IMG/VR virus record: IMGVR_UViG_3300009130_000010
Span: 1 to 64,000 of that record
DNA from: a virus
DNA length: 64,000 nt
Direction: 5' to 3' (one strand)
Shown here: in pieces, positions 1-11,300 of the stretch
Layout: every line of letters begins with the position of its first letter
How positions within the stretch are numbered: the stretch's first letter is position 1
The notes under the pieces: model-generated
Told to the model about the DNA's origin: nothing
Database searches by the model: none
Seen by the model: the letters and a program-made list of their open reading frames with translations, nothing else
Translations under genes and position numbers: made by a program

Positions 1-1823
1 ATAAACTCTTTGTATCTCGCTACAGCGTCTTCATGTTCGCCTTCTGGTTGACCATCATATTTCATTAGTCCGCCAATCATAGTGCCTTCAGCAACTTTTT
101 TTGCTTCAATTTCTTCAACTGCCGCCTCTGCCTCAATTGGTAATTCTTTTGTTTCACCAACAACGCCTACCATTTTATTTAAAATTTCATTATGTGGTTC
201 TTCAAAGCCAGCCTTCGCGGCTTTTTTCAACCAAGCTATAATTGTAGGACGGGTATCTTCTTGTTCGCCTTGGTCTTTCCCAACAGCATATAGATCATCA
301 AATAATTGATCATCACCAAATATTTCACCAATTTCATCTGTTGCGGCTTGACCTTCTTCACCTGCGAAAACAGGTGTTGACATAATTTCTTTAAACCTTG
401 CTACGTCTTGATCACTTGATGGTAAATGCCATGTTCCTTCTTTTACAACTGAATCTGTCCATTTTTGAAATTCATCAACAGGTTCTTTAAGTTTAAATTT
501 AGGATCGAAGTCTTGTACTTCTACATCACCTTTAAGCCATTTACTAGCAACTGCTGTCATTAATTTAGCATCATGCTTATTTTCAAAACTATCATCTAAA
601 TTAAAAATAGCTCTTGCTAAATCATCATTTTTTGTACGAACTGATATTGTAGTTAAAATTCTTCTTACTAAAGCCTGTAAAGGATTCTCAGCATGATCTA
701 AACCTTGTGAATCGTTTGGCTTTTTAAACTTATTAGCTTTAACAAAGGCAAGTTGCTTTTTAATTAAAGCATCTTCTTCTTCATTAGGCGTAACAACAAT
801 TTTTTCTTTGCCTTGAATTATATCATGTAATGGTCCCATATCTTCTTGTACTTTCTTTCTTGCTTTAAGTACTGTAGGTAATAAACTTTCTAATTCTGTT
901 TGATCAACATTTCTTACTAACTTACCTTTTAATTCATTAATGTCTGATTCATCATATGTTGATTCTGTTGGTTTAAAGTTTTCAGCATACAATCTATATC
1001 CTTTTGGTCTACTAAGAGTTGTTATTGTTTCTCGTAAACCTTGATAACGTTTTTTAGCATCTAAAATAATATTAGCAGAATCTTCATCAACAAACCCGTC
1101 AGCACGGTTTAATTTGCGAACAAACTGTTTTAGCTCACGCATCTCTTTTATACATTCAATAATGTGTGTTCCTAATTCATCATGTGGATTGCCTCCAGCG
1201 TTGATGTGTCTTGCCATTGCTCTAGCACCTGGTAAGTACCTGTAAGGAAATTTAAATCTTTCTTTTGAACTATTTTCAATAAAGATTGCTTGTATTTGTC
1301 TACTTCTAGAACCCATTTTATCTTCATCTACTGCGGTTCTATGTTTTACTATAATTTTTGCTGATTCAACTGTTTGGTAACTTGTTTTAGTTGATCCCCA
1401 TAATTTGCTGACTGATTCCATGGTTATCTCATCCGTTGTGTATTGAGAACTATTTTTAGTAATAGCCTCATAATCTCGTTTATCTAACTGATTTTTACCA
1501 ATGTTTCTTACATCAAAATTCATCATATTTCTTTTAGCAAATTGTCTCATTTCTTTTAAAAATTTAAACCAACTATTTTGTATTGAGTCGGGTAAATCAC
1601 CACTTAAACTTTCAGCAAAATAAATTGTAAAATTAGCTGGGTCAATAATACTAATTGTTACAGGTCCGTACTTTTGTCCCTCGACAATGTAGTTAAAGTC
1701 AAATAATCTAGCTTGTTCTGACTCTAATACAGCACCTGCTGAACTATCAGCTATGTTTACTTCGCCGAATTTACTGGCTAAATTTTGATATAATGTATCA
1801 GCAATCTTATTAATCAGTTCCAT
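1..1823 (-). CDS. Large conserved phage protein, probably virion/head-associated; runs off the window start (3' partial)
   Basis: Not in the ORF track. Read manually from ATG at 1823: MELINKIADTLYQNLASKFGEV...KHRTAVDEDKMGSRSRQIQAIFIENSSKERFKFPYRYLPGARAMARH... TAAATA lies 5 nt upstream. Confidence 0.75.
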   Translation of the reverse strand, partial: MELINKIADTLYQNLASKFGEVNIADSSAGAVLESEQARLFDFNYIVEGQKYGPVTISIIDPANFTIYFAESLSGDLPDSIQNSWFKFLKEMRQFAKRNMMNFDVRNIGKNQLDKRDYEAITKNSSQYTTDEITMESVSKLWGSTKTSYQTVESAKIIVKHRTAVDEDKMGSRSRQIQAIFIENSSKERFKFPYRYLPGARAMARHINAGGNPHDELGTHIIECIKEMRELKQFVRKLNRADGFVDEDSANIILDAKKRYQGLRETITTLSRPKGYRLYAENFKPTESTYDESDINELKGKLVRNVDQTELESLLPTVLKARKKVQEDMGPLHDIIQGKEKIVVTPNEEEDALIKKQLAFVKANKFKKPNDSQGLDHAENPLQALVRRILTTISVRTKNDDLARAIFNLDDSFENKHDAKLMTAVASKWLKGDVEVQDFDPKFKLKEPVDEFQKWTDSVVKEGTWHLPSSDQDVARFKEIMSTPVFAGEEGQAATDEIGEIFGDDQLFDDLYAVGKDQGEQEDTRPTIIAWLKKAAKAGFEEPHNEILNKMVGVVGETKELPIEAEAAVEEIEAKKVAEGTMIGGLMKYDGQPEGEHEDAVARYKEF

Positions 1824-1838
1824 ATTTTTATTTATCCA

Positions 1839-3410
1839 TTATATAACTACAAAAGGCATTGGCTCAATAAAGTCATCTTCACTTGATCTCATATCTTTTT
1901 GTATACTAGGGTCGTATGTTCCTAAAAATACAGCAATTCTCAAAGCCAAAACAAGAGCCATAACTAAATCGTCATGTTCTCCTGGCTTACTTTGGTAGCT
2001 ATTACCACTCGCTACAAATGTTTTTAACTGTGATATAAGAGGTTTACTATGAACTACTAGCTTTTGATTTTCTACTAGTTCTTTTAACTTGGCACAAGAA
2101 GCCAATTTACTTTTATGTGTTGTATTAAATCCTTTTCTAAAGCGTCTAACGTGACCGCTTCTAGCAGGTTCACTCATAAAATATCCATGGATTGCTTCTT
2201 CGCCTACTTCTGCTATAGAAACTAGGGCCGCCTCTCCTAGCGTATTGTTTTCTACGCTGTAATAGATATTATTATTATCATTTGTAATGCCATAGATATA
2301 TTTTGTAATCTGTTTTAAAATAGTTATTTGTTCTTGTATTGTTGTTTTATTATGTTGCCATTCAGCACATTGTTTCATACCTGGTAATTCAAATACTTGA
2401 ATAGCACTATAGTCACCACCTGTACCTAAACTTGGATCTAATCCAAGCACATACGTCATTCCTTTTCTAGGTTTATGATACCAACGTACTTGTCCTTGTT
2501 TATATAAAGGTTCATGTCCTTCTAAACTTGCTAATATAATTGGGTTGATTAGCGTCTCGTCAAATATGATAGGCTCACATTCGTGTTCACGTTTGAACCT
2601 TTCAATTCCTATTCTTCCTCGCTCATCTTCAGCCCATTTTTTATCTCTATCAGGATGTTCATCCCATAAAGCCTTAAAGGCATGGAACCCGTTAACACCA
2701 ACTTCATTAGCATTACCAAAGTTATCTAAAATTTTATTTGCTTCAGTCCATAATAACCAAAACTGGTCTTCGTCTGAATTTGGTGTAGAAGTAATAATCG
2801 CTTTACCACCTGTTGCTAGTGTAGGTGAAATAGAAGTCCAAAATTCTGTTGCTATGTTATTTCGCACAAAGGCAAACTCATCACAATATAATAATGTAAT
2901 GGACATACCTCTTCCTGTATTTTCTGTAGTCGCTTGTGATACAATTCTACTACCGTTCTCAAATTCAATTGATCCTCTATTGTAATTTGTAACACCTGCC
3001 CTAATATAATCAGGACAAAGTTCATATCCATATCTAATACGTTGCATAATTTCTTGGGCGCCAGCGTATTTGTGTGCCGCAATTAATATTACACTATCGG
3101 GAATAAACATAGCATACCATAATAAGTATCCAGCCGCTGTTGTAGTTTTACCCATTTGGCGACTTAACAAGTTTATACTAAATCTATTTTTATGGTAACT
3201 ATCTGTTAATAATTCTTGGAATGGGTACGGTTTATATAACAACTTTCCATCAACAGGATGTTGTATATGGAAATAATTTTCAAGAAAATGCTTTGGACCA
3301 CCAACAGGGTCGGCACAAGCCACAAAACTGTCAATTTGTTCTTTAGTAAACTGTTGACCTTTGTTAGCTTTTTTAACTAAAACACCATCTAAAGTTTTAT
3401 TACTGCTCAT
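1839..3410 (-). CDS. terL: Terminase large subunit (T4 gp17-like)
   Basis: Walker A SRQMGKTT, Walker B LLYCDEFAF, ITSTPN coupling motif, RNase H-like LGLDPS...DYS and HDDLVMA. Confidence 0.97.
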   Translation of the reverse strand: MSSNKTLDGVLVKKANKGQQFTKEQIDSFVACADPVGGPKHFLENYFHIQHPVDGKLLYKPYPFQELLTDSYHKNRFSINLLSRQMGKTTTAAGYLLWYAMFIPDSVILIAAHKYAGAQEIMQRIRYGYELCPDYIRAGVTNYNRGSIEFENGSRIVSQATTENTGRGMSITLLYCDEFAFVRNNIATEFWTSISPTLATGGKAIITSTPNSDEDQFWLLWTEANKILDNFGNANEVGVNGFHAFKALWDEHPDRDKKWAEDERGRIGIERFKREHECEPIIFDETLINPIILASLEGHEPLYKQGQVRWYHKPRKGMTYVLGLDPSLGTGGDYSAIQVFELPGMKQCAEWQHNKTTIQEQITILKQITKYIYGITNDNNNIYYSVENNTLGEAALVSIAEVGEEAIHGYFMSEPARSGHVRRFRKGFNTTHKSKLASCAKLKELVENQKLVVHSKPLISQLKTFVASGNSYQSKPGEHDDLVMALVLALRIAVFLGTYDPSIQKDMRSSEDDFIEPMPFVVI

Positions 3411-3425
3411 ATACTGTATTTACTC

Positions 3426-3464
3426 AAAAAAAAGCCAGCTATATTACAAGCTGGCCATTTTTTT
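3426..3464 (-). terminator. Rho-independent terminator, possibly bidirectional
   Basis: GCCAGCT-8nt-AGCTGGC stem with A8 on one side and T7 on the other. Confidence 0.8.
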
Positions 3465-3490
3465 ATCTTATTATATGCTTTAAAAAGCTA

Positions 3491-4090
3491 TTATTCCATA
3501 TCGTCGTATGATTTCTTTAATTTCATAACTATTCTGTTATGACCATCATTACCTACTGTTGGCATAGCTTTTGGTCTATTAATTCCACCTGATAATTTGT
3601 TTAATTGTGTATCAGCATCAGCATATTGCTCATCTGGTGAGTTAGAATATTCGTCAACTGGTTCAGCACCATCTTGTGGCTGATTAATATCAGCATCTGT
3701 AACAGGTTTTAGTCCTGCTAAATTTAGAAGTGTTGATAAAGTAGTTGTATCCATAGAAACCATTTCAGGTTGTTCTGTTACTTCTTCTTCAGCTACTTCT
3801 TCTTCAGCAACTGGTTTGTCTTTAACGACAGCAATAACAGGTGTTTCTTCTACTTTAACTATATCTTCAGAAACTTCTTCTTTAGTTTCTTCAACTGCTT
3901 CTTCTTTTGCTTCATCAGTAGTTTCATCAGCTTCTTCGACTGCTGAGTCATTGTCTGTTTCTTCTACTTCTTTAATTGTTTTTTTAAATTCTGATTCTTC
4001 TTTTGCTTCGTTTTTAGCGTACTCTTCTTCCTGAATTTCTCTAAAAAGACCAGCAACTTTATGTAAATCAATTAATTTATTGTCTTCCAT
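3491..4090 (-). CDS. Highly acidic protein, putative internal head/scaffold-like protein
   Basis: 199 aa, Glu-rich, repeated VEE/DEA motifs, SD GGGAG. Confidence 0.6.
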   Translation of the reverse strand: MEDNKLIDLHKVAGLFREIQEEEYAKNEAKEESEFKKTIKEVEETDNDSAVEEADETTDEAKEEAVEETKEEVSEDIVKVEETPVIAVVKDKPVAEEEVAEEEVTEQPEMVSMDTTTLSTLLNLAGLKPVTDADINQPQDGAEPVDEYSNSPDEQYADADTQLNKLSGGINRPKAMPTVGNDGHNRIVMKLKKSYDDME

Positions 4091-4092
4091 AA

Positions 4093-4647
4093 TTATCTCC
4101 CTGCCACCGGTGATTTTGTACCTTGTGGCAAATCACTAGTTGTTTTAGCTTTTTCTGTTGTACCGCCAGCAATTTCAATTTCAGGTGTTTCTTTTACATT
4201 ATTTAATTCTCTAATGAAACCTAATTTTGCTTCTGCTGGTGCTTCACCCGAAGCGTAATCGTTTCCAAGTTTTGTTTCATATTCTTGTCCTTGTGTTGCT
4301 ACTGCTTCTTCTCTAGCAATTTCTTCCGGGTGTTCGCTATTAATAACAACAACTTGGTTTCCAGGAATTCCTGCTAAATTTACTAAATCAGCATGAACAA
4401 CTTGAGGTGTACTTGGATATGTTAATGTAATTTCAAAAATTGTTACCTTGCTATTGCGAAGGTTTTGAAAGTCCATTGGGTGTTCTTGAATTGGCGTTAC
4501 TTTAGGAGCCGTGATATCTTTAACATCATACTTGCCTAGAACCCTTTCAATTAGGTCCATCAAATCAGGTTCAGCTTCTATTGCCAGTTTAACCTTAAAT
4601 TTATATTCTTTTATTGACTCTGTCAAGTATTCGTTAAATGACTTCAT
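4093..4647 (-). CDS. Hypothetical virion protein (start likely ATG 4647)
   Basis: GGAG SD before MKSFNEYLTES, an N-terminus resembling processed head proteins of T4-like phages. TAAATA upstream. Confidence 0.6.
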   Translation of the reverse strand: MKSFNEYLTESIKEYKFKVKLAIEAEPDLMDLIERVLGKYDVKDITAPKVTPIQEHPMDFQNLRNSKVTIFEITLTYPSTPQVVHADLVNLAGIPGNQVVVINSEHPEEIAREEAVATQGQEYETKLGNDYASGEAPAEAKLGFIRELNNVKETPEIEIAGGTTEKAKTTSDLPQGTKSPVAGR

Positions 4648-4670
4648 TTCAATCTCCATTTGTATTATAA

Positions 4671-5189
4671 CTATTTATTATCTTTTGTGTCATTTTTGCT
4701 AAGAATTCTCTCTAATAACTCGTTACGATTTAATATAGTTGCTTCGCCAGTTTCAGCACCATCACCTAGTTTACCCATATCACGGTCTATTCTAGCGTCT
4801 AAGGCCTTCTTACGAAGCTGTAATTCTACCATTTTTAGCTTTTTATCTATCTTAGCCTGCTTGGCATTCAATGTAATAGTTAACATTTTACTAGCTGTAT
4901 CAAATATTTGTCCACTAAATCTAGCTTCTACGTTCATACCTAAGTCCATTAGGTTATTAAAAGAATCTTCTGCCTTGCCGGCAATTTCATCCATTTCTTT
5001 ATCATTTGCTGTTAAATTCTCAACTCCTGCCAATGCTGATTCAATAGTATCTACTTGTTTTAACTCTTTTTCTACTTTATCTACTGTTTCCAAAGACTTA
5101 TGTGGATCAACCTCTTCAGGGAGAGCTGTACTATCATCTTTATCTACATTGGGGGCTATATTTAGAAGCTCTTCTAGTTTTTTTGTCAT
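4671..5189 (-). CDS. Putative terminase small subunit / helical conserved protein
   Basis: Helical coiled-coil 172 aa upstream of TerL, ending in ILNRNELLERI. The function call is inference. Confidence 0.5.
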   Translation of the reverse strand: MTKKLEELLNIAPNVDKDDSTALPEEVDPHKSLETVDKVEKELKQVDTIESALAGVENLTANDKEMDEIAGKAEDSFNNLMDLGMNVEARFSGQIFDTASKMLTITLNAKQAKIDKKLKMVELQLRKKALDARIDRDMGKLGDGAETGEATILNRNELLERILSKNDTKDNK

Positions 5190-5217
5190 GTTTAAACCTT
5201 ATTAGTAATAAAGGTAT

Positions 5218-5664
5218 TTAGCGACGGCGTTTTCCTTGATGAAACAAATCGTTTTCTGTTACTACCCTAAAACGTATACCTTTTTGTTTACACCAGGCTG
5301 TTGCGGCCTCCCATTTAGCCATATTTTGTACTACAGCCATTTGTCTATTTTTACTTTTACCAGCGGCTTCCATTGTGGATTGGTTACTAGGTTTAATTTC
5401 AACTACTTCAGTTCTTTTCTTACCTTTAGCATCTTGATACTGTACAAAAAAATCTGGTACATAAGTTGTTGTTTTACCAGTTAAAGGATTTTTATAAGGA
5501 ATTCGTACAGCTTCACTGGCCCAGCCTATAACACCGTGACTATTATCACAAAACGTCATAAAAGCGTGTTCCCAGCTTGATCTATAAATTGGTGTTTTTG
5601 TGCCGGCGTATTTGTCTGGATTCTTTAATGTGTATCGACCGCGGGCAACTCCCTTGCCTATCAT
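5218..5664 (-). CDS. Head completion nuclease (T4 gp4-like, TnsA-type PD-(D/E)xK)
   Basis: YRSSWE, WASE..IPY, YVPDF, VEIKP, AKWEAA motifs. Confidence 0.9.
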   Translation of the reverse strand: MIGKGVARGRYTLKNPDKYAGTKTPIYRSSWEHAFMTFCDNSHGVIGWASEAVRIPYKNPLTGKTTTYVPDFFVQYQDAKGKKRTEVVEIKPSNQSTMEAAGKSKNRQMAVVQNMAKWEAATAWCKQKGIRFRVVTENDLFHQGKRRR

Positions 5665-6044
5665 TCAATGATGTTCCTTAATACATTTGGGTTTGCTGTT
5701 CTAGAATTAGCGTATCCTAAGACACTAGTTTTTATTCTATAACTGTTTATAATAGCTATTAAATTTTTTTGTACGTCATTAATATTTTCTGATTCTAATC
5801 TTTCTATTAAAGACATTATATCATATCCACCATTATAAGCAATCTCAAACAGACTATCTGTTAATGTACTTGCTGTTGTTTGATCATCATTTGTTTTTCT
5901 TAAAAAGAAAGATTTAACTGCTTGATGTTGTGCGGCATCAATAGATATATTTTGATTAAAATATCCATTAAAAAAATCTACTGTTTTTTCTTTTGATTCT
6001 ACGTTTTGATCTACGTTTGTACTAGCATATAAATTCTCAGCCAT
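5661..6044 (-). CDS. Hypothetical protein
   Basis: 127 aa ORF translationally coupled to both neighbours. Confidence 0.7.
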   Translation of the reverse strand: MAENLYASTNVDQNVESKEKTVDFFNGYFNQNISIDAAQHQAVKSFFLRKTNDDQTTASTLTDSLFEIAYNGGYDIMSLIERLESENINDVQKNLIAIINSYRIKTSVLGYANSRTANPNVLRNIIE

Positions 6045-7594
6045 TATTCACCTGCCTCTGGAGTCCAAGTACTAGAATTATTCTTTTTAACAATATATGG
6101 TTCGCCGTCAATTTCTGCTAGTTCTGAACCTTTAGCAATTGATTGTCCTGTATAAGCTGTAGCGTCTTGATGAGGATTACTTGCTGTTCCGTATGTTGTG
6201 CTTCTCGAAGAAGCAGACGAAGAACTTAATTGTGTGTTTACTTCACCTTTACTAGTTGTTGCTCCACCTAATGTGTTTATTATTGTACCTGCGGCCGCAC
6301 CAGCAATAACTCCTTTAACCATTCCTTTAATATCACCGTCCATGATAGCACCTGCGGCGGCTCCAACAATAAGAGATTTAGTCATTGTACTCATATTAAA
6401 TCCTGATTGTACTCTGCTATTTCCACCTTCTGGAACTCCCATTCCACCAAACTCCATCCCGCCAGCACTAGCAACTGATCCAGCACCACCACTCGCGTCA
6501 GCTTGTAAGTACGCCATTGGGCCAGCGGCAAACGGTTGTGTACCTTGAACAGCATTTCCGTCTTCACCAGTAACTGTGCCTGTGCCTGTTATAAAATTCG
6601 TTTTAGGTAATGGGTTAAATTTTCTTGCGACGCTTTGACCGGCTGATCCTGGGAAGGCAAATGGATTTTCACCTTTTAATGCTTTACGAACTCCCTGACT
6701 TATTTCAGAATTTACAAAACTTTTTAAATCAACATTTTGGAAATTTTGAAATGTTCTTAAACCTTGTATTGCGGCACTTCCAAATTTTCCTGAAGCTAAA
6801 TCCTGAGACATTTGTCCAGTAGCATCAAATAAACCGCCTACACCAAATAATGATGTTGTACCTCCGCCTTCTGGCGACAATGGACTTGCTTTTTTATCAT
6901 AGTGTAAATCACCAAAGCCTGTCGGCGAACCTACACCACCAATAAAACCAGTAGCATATTTTACAAGTTCATATTCAACTTGCATTATATTTTCTAATAC
7001 ATCACTTTGACTATGATCATGACTGTCATGATTATAATTTGTTAGTAATGGATTAATTAATGTGTATTCTGTAAACTTTTTACCGTATATACTATAAATT
7101 CTTATATCATCAAAAAACGGTTCGTGATTTGCTCTTTCATAACCAAACATTCTAGCAACTCTAGGGCCATATGTATCTTTATACCTATAAGTAGCGAAAT
7201 TTTCATATGCTTGATCAGTATAGTAATAATCCATGTAAGCATACCACATATTTCGTGATATGTCTGCCATATCATCGTGTATTCGTATGTTTATAGGGTT
7301 AAAATTTAATTTGGATTGAATATTTCTGACACGATTGTATTGATTCATCTGAGTTGTGTCAAAAGTGTATGTTGGTAATTCAACTGATTTTACCAACATA
7401 CTTATTTCTCTTTTTGTTTCGTCTTTTACTATAGCCGCCGCTGTTGGCGACAAGTTAAACACGACATAAAATAAAAACTTTTGCTTCGGTGCTAACCTAA
7501 AATTACCATCTCTAAAAGTTCTAGAGGCGTGTTGGTAATCTCTTATAGCTTTCCGACCGGTTAAGGCATTAAGAAAAGCGTTCATGCTCCCCAT
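6044..7594 (-). CDS. Tail tube-like/baseplate tube paralog with Gly-rich C-terminal extension
   Basis: N-terminal tube-fold-like LVKSVELP...NQYNR...INIRIHDD, comparable to the neighbouring tube protein (VNIRDD). Confidence 0.6.
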   Translation of the reverse strand: MGSMNAFLNALTGRKAIRDYQHASRTFRDGNFRLAPKQKFLFYVVFNLSPTAAAIVKDETKREISMLVKSVELPTYTFDTTQMNQYNRVRNIQSKLNFNPINIRIHDDMADISRNMWYAYMDYYYTDQAYENFATYRYKDTYGPRVARMFGYERANHEPFFDDIRIYSIYGKKFTEYTLINPLLTNYNHDSHDHSQSDVLENIMQVEYELVKYATGFIGGVGSPTGFGDLHYDKKASPLSPEGGGTTSLFGVGGLFDATGQMSQDLASGKFGSAAIQGLRTFQNFQNVDLKSFVNSEISQGVRKALKGENPFAFPGSAGQSVARKFNPLPKTNFITGTGTVTGEDGNAVQGTQPFAAGPMAYLQADASGGAGSVASAGGMEFGGMGVPEGGNSRVQSGFNMSTMTKSLIVGAAAGAIMDGDIKGMVKGVIAGAAAGTIINTLGGATTSKGEVNTQLSSSSASSRSTTYGTASNPHQDATAYTGQSIAKGSELAEIDGEPYIVKKNNSSTWTPEAGE

Positions 7595-7600
7595 GGCGCC

Positions 7601-8227
7601 TTACCCCGTAATAACTTGTCCTGCCGCTCTAGCCACTGCCGCGCCTATACCTGCTCCGCCGGCTCCAGCTGGTAATTGTACCGCATTATCAAATCTAATT
7701 GACATAGTAACACTTGCTGGTTCTGATGAAGCATAGTTCAAGTCATTGTAATTAACATTCTCAATATAACAACCATATAGTTCCCACTCTTCTAATGAAG
7801 TAGGAGCAGATGATCCGTTACCGCCATCTAATAGCTCAAATCTTGTTAAGAACTTATAATCAATACCAGCTGAAGCTGATGCTTGTTCCATGAAGTCAAA
7901 TTGCTTCTGAACTTGCTCGCCTACTAGTTTTGATACATTACTTGAAACGTCATCTCTTATATTAACTGTAACGGGGTCCCACGTATGTTTCCCAATTATA
8001 TTAATCTTAGAGTTATAAACATCTACAGGAATTTGCTCAAAGTTAACGCTTGGACGGGTTACATCCATAACCTGTTTTGTAAGTTCTGCTCTTGAAGTAG
8101 ATACTCCAAAATTCTCAAAACTCACTCTAAAGCGATATTTAAGTTTTGGCATAAGCAGACCTTGTGAACTTGCACTTTGTCCGCCTGCTAGTGGAACAGT
8201 AAACTTGTTTAATGAACTTACTGACAT
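7601..8227 (-). CDS. Tail tube protein (gp19-like)
   Basis: PKLKYRFRV, GKHTWDPVTVNIRDD, WELYGCY, IRFDNA; directly downstream of the sheath gene. Confidence 0.88.
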   Translation of the reverse strand: MSVSSLNKFTVPLAGGQSASSQGLLMPKLKYRFRVSFENFGVSTSRAELTKQVMDVTRPSVNFEQIPVDVYNSKINIIGKHTWDPVTVNIRDDVSSNVSKLVGEQVQKQFDFMEQASASAGIDYKFLTRFELLDGGNGSSAPTSLEEWELYGCYIENVNYNDLNYASSEPASVTMSIRFDNAVQLPAGAGGAGIGAAVARAAGQVITG

Positions 8228-8276
8228 TTGTACGTCTCCTTTATTATAATATTATTTATCATATCTTTCGACCTAT

Positions 8277-8303
8277 AAATTAGGCGGCATAACCGCCTAA
8301 TTT
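8277..8303 (-). terminator. Hairpin/terminator after tail sheath gene
   Basis: AAATTAGGCGG-CATAA-CCGCCTAATTT perfect 11-bp stem. Confidence 0.7.
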
Positions 8304-8318
8304 AATTGATTCAATTAA

Positions 8319-11300
8319 TTATACCCCTGATATAGACCCAGTATTCTGTATTCTTACTGGAATGTATATAAACTCAACACTCTTAACAGGTTCAACAGCA
8401 ACGTCAATATATAATTCGTTTCTATCTATTCTGTCTGATGTGTTATTAGTTTCATCACAAACTACCAAGTAGTCGTATAATCCACGTTTAGCAACCAAGT
8501 CATTCATTAGTGACTCAACAACACCTTTAACTTCATCTCTAGTTAACTTGTCGTTTGGTTCAAATACAAATGGTTTTGTAATTTCGCCTAGTCTTTCTCT
8601 AATATAAGCTACTAATCTAGCAACGTTAATTCTGTCTAACGCTGAAGCAGAGCTATGTCTTGTTTTGTTACCAAAGTTTAATATACCTACACCTGGGAAA
8701 AATGATATAGGATTAATTTTATTTTCATATAACGTATCTCTTAAAGATTCTCTAATACCTACAGTTTGGAATTCACCTGTCGCTTTGTCAATGTGACCCA
8801 ATGCTGTAGCATTATCTACGCCACCTCGTCTAGTACCAGCTGGAGCAAACCAAGGAAAACTAGCATCATCTGAACGTAATATTGTTCTCAATGCCATGTG
8901 TGTAGGCGGAACAACAACTTTGTTTCCGTCTAAGTCTGTTGTGTTACCCGCTGGATAAAACACACCTTGATAAGTGTCTGCTGTAACTAGTCCATCTTCA
9001 TCATTGTCAATAGCTAATTTAGTATTACTAGCCCAGTTCTGAATATCAGTACTATTTGGTGCTAATCTAAATGGAGCATCTCCAAGAATAAAGCCAGTGT
9101 TACGTCTTTCATTATTAAGAGCTACTAGGTTAGCCATAAGTTCTGGATATCCAGGAGCAACTAATAAGTTAAAGTTACGTTGTTCTTCACGAATCTCTGC
9201 TGATGTTTTAACAGCTGACTTCATAGCTGATACAACAACGTTACGTTGAGCAAATCTGCCCATAAACGGTGAACCATCATTTTTCAATCCTGAAGTTGTT
9301 ACCCAAGCATTTGTTTCTGTAGGTAAAGTTTCACCTGCGAAATCAGTAGCATTAAAGTAACTCTTAGTATATTTTTTAACACAATTCGAGCTTCTTCTTA
9401 AGTTATATGCTAGTGTGCCTTTTGGATATAAGGCGGCACTTGGAGCATCTAAGTCTAAGTAGTCACTCTTTAACAATGTTTTTGTTGATGTCATTGATGA
9501 TGTTGTTACATCATCAGTACCACTATCATGGAATCTAAAGTCAGCAAATACAATACCATCTTCAGTAGTTTGGTCAGCATTATCAATCAATACCCATTTA
9601 TCTTCACCAGATACACTTTCGTATCTGTTAAGTTTAGGATAAGCATCTAAATCTGAACTGTCTAACCATAAGTCACCATATACCAATGCTGTCTTATCTG
9701 ACTGGGCTGTGGGCTCACTTGCTGAAACAATTACACCATTTGGTGAAGTGTTTGACAAGTTAAAACCTCTAGCATCAGAAGTAACATTTTGGTAACCTTT
9801 CCAAGCTGACCCATCATGTATCATTACATCAACTTCATCTACAGCCGCACTAAACCAAAGTCTTCCATCTGCTGGATCGCTAGTTGGTTGTGTGTTTGAA
9901 GCTGTATATGTGTAAGTTTTCCAATTTGATATAATAAGATCACTGTTATTACCTGATCTTACTGTATCGTCGTCTGTACTAATACCAGCGTCAGCTATCG
10001 GAGTACCACTTGTATCTTTAACTACAATAACACCACCTAAATCATGTGTTAAAGTAATTTTATTAGTAGTAGTATCTCTTGATACTGATAAATTGGAAAT
10101 GTTTTTAGCTGTTAAGTCTGCTACAAACGTTTCAGCAGTTGTACCACTCATAGTAACTGTTACTGCCGCTGGTAAAGTTGCTGTCTTATCTGAAACTTGA
10201 ATTGTGAACGTTTCAGACGCTGTAAAGCTAGGACTATCAACACCGCTCGCTGTAGTAACTCCTTTGGCGTGTCTAGTATAGAATCTATATCCTACTCTTC
10301 CGTTGTCTGCTGGATCGTATTTTACATACATAGTATCAGCTTCAACATTTAATCCGCCGCCTGCTTTATCTAAACCAAAGTTAGCTGATTGATCATTTTG
10401 ATAAATCGGAGCTGTTAACGTTTCAAATAAAGAAGTATTAGAGTTATATTTTTTCAAACTAACATTAGCACCTAAGTTAGGTGTAGTAGTTTTAATCCAC
10501 ATAGCACCACTTGGTCTAGTGTAAGTATCTGCTGTTTTCCATTCAGGTACGCTAGTGTGAGCCGCTACTGTTAAAATAGGGCCATAATAAGTACCAGCAG
10601 TTAACCCACAGACTGTGAGGATTGTACCTGTGCCGTTCGCTAGTACGATTGTAGCATTAGCTGTTGAATCTCCACCTGATGAACTATCAGCATAAATCTG
10701 TAATTTGTTATTAACTACATCAGCAGTAACTCCAGTTAATGAAGCACCGTTAATATCTGATGCCATTGTAGTAACTGTAGTTCCTGAAGCTGTAACAACA
10801 TTACCATTAATAGAAATTGTATTACCAGCAACAATAGTTGGTGAACTTTCTGTTCCTGATATTGTTGGGAATGATTTCTGCCAAGTAGATGTTCCAACTT
10901 GTGTCCAAGCATTGTTAGACTTTTTGTAAAATAACGGGTTTTGTGTATTAGTAGCATCAATGGCGTAATCGCCTATTGATCCAAAAGCCGCTTTAGGAAC
11001 TGAACCGGAAATATCATTTGAATCTGTAATAACTTTTGGTACTTTGTTTTCGAACTTCTGTGTAGAAGCATTCCAAACTTGGACACCAAATAATGTTTTA
11101 CTAGTATCAAACCATTGTGTATTTGCCGCTGGTGTTCCTGTAGGTCTTCCAGCTGATGTAATTATTTCTGATAAATCTACATCTGCTCTTAATACATAAG
11201 CTCTGTTACTAACACCTAATACGCTGTAGGCCGCTAATAATCCGTACTCGTTTGGTTCAATACCATGTAACGGAGTACCACTTGTATTCTTATAAAAATT

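Noticed and set aside
1839-3410. Intein or intron in the terminase or other core genes
   Set aside because: Proteins are of normal length with contiguous motifs, and no intein termini are visible.
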